Source: Planctomycetota bacterium (GTDB taxonomy: Bacteria > Planctomycetota > UBA11346). From it: a stretch of DNA of 64,000 nucleotides. Under the pieces are notes generated by a model that worked only from the letters and a program-made list of their open reading frames with translations, did not search any database and was not told the origin of the DNA. The number at the start of each line of letters is the position of its first letter. Position 1 is the first letter of the stretch. Below are positions 56,872-64,000 of the stretch, in pieces. Both the position numbers and the translations under genes were made by a program. The DNA lies in contig JBBRLJ010000002.1 of assembly GCA_038231435.1 (NCBI GenBank), positions 1 through 64,000 on the forward strand. Reading direction: 5' to 3'.

Positions 56872-57786
56872 TCAGCAATCCTCGGCGCCGAAGATCGCCA
56901 CCCGCGCGCGCCCATCGGCGCCGATGATGCCGCGGAACATGTCGCCATCCTGGACCATGGCCGCGCGGCCATCGCGGCGCAGCACGATGCAGCCGCCGTC
57001 GCCATCGTAGCGGCGCACCAGCTCGAGGCCCCGACGCGCGGCGTCGCCGGGATCGGATCCGCCGGCGATCAGCATGGCGATGGTGTGGGCGAAGGCGGCG
57101 CGGATGAAGGCCTCGCCCTTGCCGGTCGCCGAGATCGCGCAGGCCTGGTCGGCCCAGGTGCCCGAGCCGATCAACGGGCAATCGCCAACGCGCCCGGGCA
57201 TCTTGCCGGTGACGCCGCCGGTCGAGGTCGCCGCCGCCAGTCTTCCAGCACCGTCGAGCGCGACCGCGCCCACCGTGCCCTGCGTCGACGGCGGCTGCTT
57301 GGCAGCCACCAACGCAAGCTCCTCGCGTGCCCTTTCGGTGATGAACCAGTCCTGGTCGGCGCGCTCGGCCCCCTGCGCGAGCGCGAAGGACTCGGCTCCA
57401 GGGCCTACCAGCAGCACGTGTGGCGTGCGTTCCATCACCAGGCGCGCCGCCTGCACGGGGTGGCGCAGGCAGGTGACGCAGGCGACCGCGCCAGCTCTGC
57501 CGTCGCTTCCGTCCATGATCGCGGCGTCGAGCTCGGCGCGTCCATCGCTCGTCAGCGCGCAGCCGCGTCCGGCGTTGAATGACGCGTCATCCTCGAGCAC
57601 CCGCACCGCGGCCTCGACCGCGGTCAGCGCGTCGCCGCCACCAGCGAGGATCTGATGCCCGGACGCCAGTGCCGCGCGCAATCCGGTCCGGGCGAGCGCA
57701 TCACGCTCGGCGCCGAAGCGCGCGCGCTCGATCGCGCCTGCCCCGCCATGGACGATCAGTATCGGTGAACCCTGTGCCGGCGACAT
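56872..57786 (-). CDS. iaaA: Isoaspartyl peptidase / L-asparaginase (Ntn hydrolase)
   Basis: VHGGAG, FNAGRG, ELDAAIMDG, GTVGAVA (nucleophilic Thr), TSTGG, GRVGD, TGKGE. Confidence 0.92.
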   Translation of the reverse strand: MSPAQGSPILIVHGGAGAIERARFGAERDALARTGLRAALASGHQILAGGGDALTAVEAAVRVLEDDASFNAGRGCALTSDGRAELDAAIMDGSDGRAGAVACVTCLRHPVQAARLVMERTPHVLLVGPGAESFALAQGAERADQDWFITERAREELALVAAKQPPSTQGTVGAVALDGAGRLAAATSTGGVTGKMPGRVGDCPLIGSGTWADQACAISATGKGEAFIRAAFAHTIAMLIAGGSDPGDAARRGLELVRRYDGDGGCIVLRRDGRAAMVQDGDMFRGIIGADGRARVAIFGAEDC

Positions 57787-58949
57787 CAGCAGGCGCGGTC
57801 GCGTCGCCGACTGAAACGAGCCCAAGCGAAACCCAGTGCGGCGAGCACCAGCCCGGTGGAGCCCGAGGACAGCCCGCACTTCTTGCTGCTGCCGCTGGGC
57901 ACCGGATAGCCGACGGTCTGGGCGATGCTGCCAGTACCAGCGGTTGAGACGTCGAGCCTCGCGAGGGCATTGCCGTTCTGCTCGGAGAACCACACGTTCC
58001 CATCCGGGCCGACGCAGATGTCGAGAGGACCCGACGCGGCGGTGGGGATCGCGTATTCGGTGATCGCCCCGGCGGTGGTGATCACGCCGATCTGGTTCGA
58101 GGCGAACTCGGTGAACCACAAGGCCGCCGAGCCGGCCGGGCCGGAGACGATTCCGGCGGGCTGGCTGCCGCCGGTGGGGATCGTGTATTCGGTGTAAGCG
58201 CCCGCGGTGGTCATGCGCGCGATGCGGCCGAGGTTGAGTTCGGTGAACCACAGCGCGCCATCCGGACCGACGGTGATCTTGAACGGCTGCGAGCCGCCGT
58301 TGGTCGCGATCTCGGTGACCACGCCGGCGGTGGTGATGCGGCCGATGTGGTCGCGGCCCGATTCGGTGAACCACAGCGCACCGTCCGGCGCCGCCACGAT
58401 GGAGTCTGGCAGCGAGCCAGCGGTGAGTGGAAATTCCGTGATCGTTCCGGCGGTGGTGATCATGCCGATCTTGGCGACCGCGGATTCGCAGAACCACAGG
58501 TTGCCGTCGGGGCCGACCGCCATGCCGCGCGGCTGCGCGCCGGCGGTCATGCCCGCGGTATAACGCGTGATGACCCCGAGCGGGGTGCACGAAGCGATGG
58601 CGTTGCCGAGCTTCTCGGCCGACCACAGGTTGCCATCGGGCCCGGTGACCACCTCGCCGAGGCGCGAGATGCCGGCGGAGGCGTATTCGGTGATGGCGCC
58701 GGCGGTGGTCATGGTGCCGAACTGCGTCGCCTCGCCGAACCACAGGTTGCCGTCGGGTCCGGTGGTCACGCCGGATGGCGCGGCCGCGGCGGTGGTGACC
58801 GGGAACTCGGTGATGGTCACCGCCTGGACCGATGCCGAGCACCCGAGCAGCAGGGCCATGGCCAAGCACGCATGGACGGCGGGCCGTGCGGGGATCCAGG
58901 GGTCGAAGCGGTTGATGCGGTTGAGGCTGGCATGCAGGCGGGCGGGCAT
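57786..58949 (-). CDS. Secreted Vgb-like beta-propeller protein with C-terminal Cys-Gly/TM/Arg tail
   Basis: About seven xGPDGxLWFxE repeats; tail SSKKCGLSSG-hydrophobic-RRR; start may be 58859. Confidence 0.85.
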   Translation of the reverse strand: MPARLHASLNRINRFDPWIPARPAVHACLAMALLLGCSASVQAVTITEFPVTTAAAAPSGVTTGPDGNLWFGEATQFGTMTTAGAITEYASAGISRLGEVVTGPDGNLWSAEKLGNAIASCTPLGVITRYTAGMTAGAQPRGMAVGPDGNLWFCESAVAKIGMITTAGTITEFPLTAGSLPDSIVAAPDGALWFTESGRDHIGRITTAGVVTEIATNGGSQPFKITVGPDGALWFTELNLGRIARMTTAGAYTEYTIPTGGSQPAGIVSGPAGSAALWFTEFASNQIGVITTAGAITEYAIPTAASGPLDICVGPDGNVWFSEQNGNALARLDVSTAGTGSIAQTVGYPVPSGSSKKCGLSSGSTGLVLAALGFAWARFSRRRDRAC

Positions 58950-59002
58950 CGCGGGACTCCGGTCGCTCGGGGAAGGCCCCTTGTGCAGGTACGGGCCGAG
59001 CT

Positions 59003-60091
59003 TCAATGGTTTTCGCGGGAATGGTTTTCGCGGGAATGGTTTTTGCCGTCGCCCGCGGGCAGCGGCGCCAAGCGCGCGCGGATCTCGGCGATCGCCGGCG
59101 GCGGCTCGGCCCCCCAGCCACGCTCGATCAGCGATAGATGGTTGGCCGCCAGCACGACCACATCGTCGACCCCCTCGAGCCGCGCCGATTCCAACGCCAC
59201 CGCGCCGTCGCCACTGCCGTCCTCGAGCGCGCGCAGCGAACCCTTCCAGCCCTCGAGCGCGTCCGCAGGCACCGCGCCGTGGCTCCTGCCCCAATCGATC
59301 AGCTCATCCACATGGGAGCGGGTGACCGGACTGGACCTGCCGGCGAGGATGGTGAGCACGACCCCCGTGGGCGCTGGTCGGGCATTGAGCCGGCGCAGGA
59401 ACGCGCTGTCCGGCAGCAGATCGATGCCCGCCTCGCCGTGCCCGTTGGCCAACGCCCCGCGCCACGACCACTGTCCGCCGAACAACTTCACCGCCTGCTC
59501 GCGAGTCTCGGACGCCAGGCGGAAGCGCGCCAACTGCGAACCATGGTTCGGCGGCGCCACCATGATCAGCCGGCGGACGTCGGGCAGATCCGCATGAGCG
59601 GATCCAGTACCGGCGTACCCGTCGGGCGAGGTCAGCAGCTCGCGGCTGACCAGGCCGCCCATGCTATGGCTGACCAGATCGACGCGCCGTGCGCCGCGCC
59701 CATGCGCCGCGGCGAGCGCGGCGTGCAGCAGCACGGCGCTCGCCGGTACCGTCTGATCGTTGGGATAGACGAACTCGCAGACCGTGAGCGCGTCGCCCTG
59801 CAGCGCCGGCACCACATCCTTCCAGCAGGTGCCCGGTTCGTCGAGGCCGTGCACCAGCACCACCAGCTCGGCGGGCAAGGCCGACATCGAGCTGGCATCG
59901 ACAGTCTCGCCGCCCACATGCACGCGCAGGCCGAACTCGGGCAACGTGCCCGATACGGTTGCTGCCGGAGGAGCGGACTGTGCGGACGCTGGCGTCGCTG
60001 CGTCCTGAACGGCTTCTTGCGCACGGAGCTGCGGACCGGTGCCAGCAGCCAGGACCAGCATGAGCAACACCGTGAAACCGCGCACGCGCAT
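59003..60091 (-). CDS. Secreted alpha/beta hydrolase (PGAP1/lipase-like)
   Basis: VLVHGL, VSHSMGG, PPNHGS, GDGAV, ANHLSL. Confidence 0.87.
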   Translation of the reverse strand: MRVRGFTVLLMLVLAAGTGPQLRAQEAVQDAATPASAQSAPPAATVSGTLPEFGLRVHVGGETVDASSMSALPAELVVLVHGLDEPGTCWKDVVPALQGDALTVCEFVYPNDQTVPASAVLLHAALAAAHGRGARRVDLVSHSMGGLVSRELLTSPDGYAGTGSAHADLPDVRRLIMVAPPNHGSQLARFRLASETREQAVKLFGGQWSWRGALANGHGEAGIDLLPDSAFLRRLNARPAPTGVVLTILAGRSSPVTRSHVDELIDWGRSHGAVPADALEGWKGSLRALEDGSGDGAVALESARLEGVDDVVVLAANHLSLIERGWGAEPPPAIAEIRARLAPLPAGDGKNHSRENHSRENH

Positions 60092-60099
60092 CGACCGGC

Positions 60100-61341
60100 T
60101 CAGCCGCGGCCGGACTTGGACTTGGTTTTCGCCTTGGCAGGAAGCCTGCGGGCGGGCTTGGCCGTCAGCGCCTGGTTGCGGCGGATGAGCGCGATGCGCT
60201 GCTCGACGCAGGCGCGCGAGCGCAGCGGATCCTCGGGCGTGTTCACCACGTAATCGAGCATGCGCTCGATGCTGGTGGCGGCGACGTGGCAGCGCGTGTC
60301 CGAGGACGCGTAGTAGATGAACAGGTCGCCATTGGCGCGCGCCACCGCGGCGTTGCAGAAGATGACGTTCGACACGTCGCCGACGCGTTCCGGGCCGACC
60401 GGAGCGATCAGGTAGCCGCTCGGACGATGGGTGACGCGCTCGGGATGGGCGAGATCGCTGAGGAAGGCGTAGACCACGTAGCGCAGACCGGCGGCGGTGT
60501 TGCGCACGCCATGGGCGATGTGCAGCCAACCGGCGCGGGTCTTGATCGGCGCTGGCCCCTGGCCGTTCTTCACCTCTTTGATGGTGTGGTAGAGCTTGGC
60601 CTCGATCACCCGCTCCTCGCTGACCTGGGCACGCTCGATCGAATCGGCGAGCGCCCAACCGATGCCGCCACCGGAGCCCGGATTGATGAAATCATCCTGC
60701 GGCCTGGTGTAGAAGGCGTACTTGCCGCCGACGAATTCCGGGTGCAGCACGACATTGCGCTGCTGCGGCGAGCGTGAGGCGAAATCAGGCAGGCGCTGCC
60801 AGGTCTTGAGATCCTTGGTGCGCGCGATGCCGCACTGCGCGACCGCGCTCGAGGTGTCTCCGGGGGACGCCTTCGGATCCTTGCGCTCGGTGCAGAACAG
60901 GCCGTAGATCCAGCCATCCTGGTGCTTGACCAGGCGCATATCGTAGACGTTGACGTCGGGCTGGTCGGTCTCGGGCATCAGCACCGGCTCGTCCCAGAAG
61001 CGGAAGCCGTCGACCGCGCTCGAACTCTCGGCCACCGCGAAGAATGATTTGCGATCCGCGCCCTCCACACGGCACATCAGGTGGATCTTGCCGTTGAGCT
61101 CGATGGCGCCGGGATTGAACACCGCGTTGATCCCGAGGCGCTCCATCATGAAGGGATTGCTCTTGGGATTCAAATCGTAGCGCCACGCCAGCGGCACGTG
61201 GGCATCGGTCACCACAGGATCGACGAAGCGGTAATAGACGCCGTTCGACCACGAGGCGTCGACGCGGTTCTTGCGCGCGATCAGACGTTTATGCTCGGCG
61301 GTGAGCCTGGCGAGTCGGGCGGACGGCGAGGGCTTCGGCAT
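60100..61341 (-). CDS. GH130 4-O-beta-D-mannosyl-D-glucose phosphorylase-like enzyme
   Basis: [61 protein letters not shown]. Confidence 0.92.
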   Translation of the reverse strand: MPKPSPSARLARLTAEHKRLIARKNRVDASWSNGVYYRFVDPVVTDAHVPLAWRYDLNPKSNPFMMERLGINAVFNPGAIELNGKIHLMCRVEGADRKSFFAVAESSSAVDGFRFWDEPVLMPETDQPDVNVYDMRLVKHQDGWIYGLFCTERKDPKASPGDTSSAVAQCGIARTKDLKTWQRLPDFASRSPQQRNVVLHPEFVGGKYAFYTRPQDDFINPGSGGGIGWALADSIERAQVSEERVIEAKLYHTIKEVKNGQGPAPIKTRAGWLHIAHGVRNTAAGLRYVVYAFLSDLAHPERVTHRPSGYLIAPVGPERVGDVSNVIFCNAAVARANGDLFIYYASSDTRCHVAATSIERMLDYVVNTPEDPLRSRACVEQRIALIRRNQALTAKPARRLPAKAKTKSKSGRG

Positions 61342-61466
61342 GCATGCACTCCGGGTGGGCCCGGATGGTGGCCCCCTGCCCCGACCAGGCAAGCCGCAGC
61401 CGCCTGGAAATACGTCTCAATGCATGGGCGGAGGGCCGTCCAACGACGCCCGGCCCTGAAGGGCGC

Positions 61467-63107
61467 CTAGTCCTCGTCGGACAGCACGATGATCTTCATG
61501 CGCAACGTGCTGAGGTCGCGGCCGCCGCGGCGGCGGGTGGTGGGCACCACCCACAACTGGCCATTGCCGGTGAGCACGCCGGCATCCTGGCGGTCGCCAC
61601 CGTTGCCGACCAGGAACACCATCTTGTCCTTGTCGTCGGGGTGCGGCACCACGCGTACGCGCTTCTGCGGGCTCAGCTGCACGCCGCCATTGCTGCGGTC
61701 GACCTTGGCCTCGATGGTCACCAGCTGGCCCTTGAGCTTCTCCCACTGCTTGGTGGTGAGGTTGTCGTAATCGATGTCGGCCAACGGCAGGATGGCGTCG
61801 ATCTCCTCGAGCCGCTTCTCGACCATGGTCTTGTTGACGCCGTTCAGGCTGCCGAGCGCGAGATTGTACCAGTGCTGGGCGCGGAGCCACGCGCGGGTCT
61901 TCTCTGATCCCGAGACCTTCCTGCCGAGATCGTACCAGGCGTCTCCCGTGGCGCGCTGGTCGGCCGGCTGCTTCGGATCCGAGAGCTCCATCTCGGCGAC
62001 CTTGTGCAGATCGGCGTCGTCGCCCAACGAGAGCATCGGTAGCCCGAGATCCCAGCGCTGCATGTCGAAGCAGAAGAATTTCCCGGCGATGACGTTGGCG
62101 CGGCGATCCTTGGGATCGTCCATGAGCTTGAGGATCGCGGCGGCGGTGGCCTTGCCCTTGATGCGGTTGAGCACCTCGCGCTTGCGCGCGTCCGCGTCAA
62201 AACCCTTGTAGGTCTCGCCCATGCGCTCGATCGCGCTGAGCAGCTGTTCGTAGTCCTCGGATTCCATCGCCAGGCGCGTCGATTCGTCGAGCATCACGAA
62301 GTAGACCGACGCGTCCTCCTTGTTGTTCTCGGCCTCGGCGAAGAACTTGTGCGCGAGCGCGCGCTTCGTCGCATCCTTTCGCGCCGCCTGGTAATCGTCT
62401 TTGTAGGTGTTCTTGATGGTCGCCAGGGCCTTGTCCTGGCTCGCCTTCTCGGGAACGGTGACGGTGCCGACCGCGACCGAGGGCGGGCGCATGAAGCGGT
62501 TGCGGCGGATCTGGTCGATCTCCTGCTTGAGCTGCTCTTGCTCGTGCTTGCGCTCCTCGGACACCTGGCCGAGATACAGCGTCTGCTCCTTGGCGAAGAC
62601 CGCCGAGGCCTGGTGCGCGGCGTCGCTGTCTGGGAAGCGCTCGATGATCTCGCTGAAGCGGATCGCGGTCTCGAAATGCTTGTCGGGGTTCGCGGCCTGA
62701 TACTTCTGCGCGCGCTCGAGGTAGGCGGCCGCCTCGGTGACCGGCACCTCCTCGGTGATCAGCTTCTCTACGTTCGCGAAGTCTGCCTTTGCGGCGCCGC
62801 CCTTCTGCGCGACGTAGGTCTGCAAGTCGGACATGTTCATGCGCTTCTTGCACCAGAAGATGTCGGCCTGCATCTCGCACACCGCGTCGACGTCGCCGAG
62901 CTTCTGATAAGTGGCGAGTGCGTGCGAGAAGGCCAGGGCCGCATCCACGCCGCGGTGCGGATCGCCATCGGCCTCCTTCATCGCCTGCAGTCCGACGGCC
63001 GCGAGCGCGTCGGCGTCCTGCCGGGTGGGCGGGGATGCGATGTCCTGGGCGGACGCGAGCCCTGAAGGGACCCCGAGCAGGATGGAGCACAGGAGCAGGA
63101 CGCGCAT
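61467..63107 (-). CDS. Hypothetical secreted helical-repeat protein
   Basis: Signal peptide ending ASA; 546-aa ORF with strong codon pattern; WDLGLPML...GDAWYD segment. Confidence 0.78.
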   Translation of the reverse strand: MRVLLLCSILLGVPSGLASAQDIASPPTRQDADALAAVGLQAMKEADGDPHRGVDAALAFSHALATYQKLGDVDAVCEMQADIFWCKKRMNMSDLQTYVAQKGGAAKADFANVEKLITEEVPVTEAAAYLERAQKYQAANPDKHFETAIRFSEIIERFPDSDAAHQASAVFAKEQTLYLGQVSEERKHEQEQLKQEIDQIRRNRFMRPPSVAVGTVTVPEKASQDKALATIKNTYKDDYQAARKDATKRALAHKFFAEAENNKEDASVYFVMLDESTRLAMESEDYEQLLSAIERMGETYKGFDADARKREVLNRIKGKATAAAILKLMDDPKDRRANVIAGKFFCFDMQRWDLGLPMLSLGDDADLHKVAEMELSDPKQPADQRATGDAWYDLGRKVSGSEKTRAWLRAQHWYNLALGSLNGVNKTMVEKRLEEIDAILPLADIDYDNLTTKQWEKLKGQLVTIEAKVDRSNGGVQLSPQKRVRVVPHPDDKDKMVFLVGNGGDRQDAGVLTGNGQLWVVPTTRRRGGRDLSTLRMKIIVLSDED

Positions 63108-63140
63108 AGCCGTGATGTACCTCGATCCGGACTTGGGAAT

Positions 63141-63331
63141 AGTCCGGAGAGAGTGTACCCGGACAGCTCCAGGATGTTGAGGAGCCTTTCACTGACTGGG
63201 CTTAGGTCCTCTTTGGAAGGCGCCTACGGTCTTGTGCAGGTTTGGTCTGTATCGTGCCAGGAAGAGCAGGGCCGCGGCTCCCCGGGCGTCTGAACGCCTC
63301 CCAGGAGCGTTAGCGCGCCCGTATCCGGACT
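63141..63331 (+). ncRNA. Candidate structured ncRNA (6S RNA-like rod)
   Basis: Complementary ends AGTCCGGA/TCCGGACT, nested helices rich in G-U pairs on the + strand, internal bubble, ~190 nt; hand-folded only. Confidence 0.35.
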
Positions 63332-63374
63332 TGGACGATCGGCAGCCGGCCCACGATCGCGGCCTGGAGAACGC

Positions 63375-63785
63375 ATGCGCGGAATGATGTGGATGCTGGC
63401 GTGCCTGTCCCTGATCGCCACGGCATGCGGATGCGCCGATCAACGCAGCGCCGGAGCTCGCTCCGACCTGGTGGGCTACCGCACGGTGGTGGTCCTGCCA
63501 GTGGCCGATCGCGCGCTGGCCGCGGCGTTGGGGCGCACGCTCGCGAATGCCGGGTTCCAGCGCATCGCCGCTTCCGCTGAAGCACTGCGCGCCGATCCGA
63601 CAGTCGCCGCCGCGACGCTGGTCTGCGAGGCACGCGCCGACGTCGGCCCCTCGATGATGCGGATCCGCCTGCACCTCTCCGACTACGCCAGCGGAGCCAC
63701 CCGTTACGCACGCGTCCTGCCCGCCCTCGGCCCGGCCGGCTATGCCGACGCCCTCAGCACGATCGCCCCCGATCTGGCGAGGTAG
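63375..63785 (+). CDS. Small hypothetical lipoprotein-like protein
   Basis: GGAG RBS; hydrophobic N-terminus ending ATACGC. Confidence 0.6.
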   Translation: MRGMMWMLACLSLIATACGCADQRSAGARSDLVGYRTVVVLPVADRALAAALGRTLANAGFQRIAASAEALRADPTVAAATLVCEARADVGPSMMRIRLHLSDYASGATRYARVLPALGPAGYADALSTIAPDLAR

Positions 63786-63789
63786 ATGA

Positions 63790-63806
63790 GCGGGGGCGAA
63801 GCCCCC
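63790..63806 (+). repeat. Solo first hairpin of the structured repeat family
   Basis: GCGGGGGC-GAA-GCCCCC a few nt after the stop at 63785. Confidence 0.5.
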
Positions 63807-63810
63807 ACAC

Positions 63811-63843
63811 AAAAAATTGACTCTCGCGGTTAGCGATTATCCT
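63811..63843 (+). promoter_or_regulatory. Possible sigma70-type promoter
   Basis: A-tract, TTGACT (63817-63822), TATCCT (63838-63843); the spacer is only 15 bp. Confidence 0.35.
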
Positions 63844-63862
63844 CCGCGTTGAGGTCCCGCGC

Positions 63863-64000
63863 ATGAATCGAAAGAAAGTCGTCCGCATCGACACTGGGCG
63901 CGCCGACTCCCCGGATGATGCCGCGGCGGCCGCCGGCTCCGGCACCGATCCGTTTCCACGCGAGACCGACCGGCGCGACGCTTCCAGCCGCGGAGAGGGT
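63863..64000 (+). CDS. 5' end of a CDS running off the window (MNRKKVVRIDTG...)
   Basis: GAGG before ATG 63863; open to the window end. Confidence 0.5.
   Translation, partial: MNRKKVVRIDTGRADSPDDAAAAAGSGTDPFPRETDRRDASSRGEG

Noticed and set aside
57786..58949. Virginiamycin B lyase resistance gene (vgb)
   Set aside because: Only the propeller repeat matches. The last blade reads GPLDI where Vgb has a catalytic His, and the protein has a signal peptide and a membrane tail

Overview
A very GC-rich, densely coding bacterial window. It is most likely from a Planctomycetota (PVC) genome, inferred from a DUF1559-like prepilin protein, planctomycete-style HEAT and secreted proteins, and expanded PhyH/AraC families. 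About 60 CDSs are supported: carbohydrate enzymes (GH50, a clan GH-A hydrolase, GH130), DNA repair (class II photolyase, Ada-like AraC-Ogt fusion), cysK, a TrmJ-type methyltransferase, isoaspartyl peptidase, five PhyH dioxygenases (three divergently paired with AraC regulators) and signalling proteins. I saw no rRNA, tRNA, CRISPR array, integrase or transposase. Best leads: (1) a 41.5-44.9 kb gene run where an unrecognised ~75-aa Trp-rich domain occurs four times in three genes, around an FHA-DUF4388 protein and receiver domains; (2) a dispersed ~115-155 nt multi-hairpin repeat family with compensatory base changes, lying in sense orientation just after stop codons; (3) a ~190-nt rod-folding intergenic segment (6S-like ncRNA candidate). 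Smaller leads are an RMF/CrpP-like small ORF, a HEPN-like protein, a paralogous small-protein pair bracketing an AraC-PhyH module, and a coupled DUF3592/arrestin-like/AAA+ operon. All family calls are by-eye motif recognition with no searches run, and start codons are best estimates.
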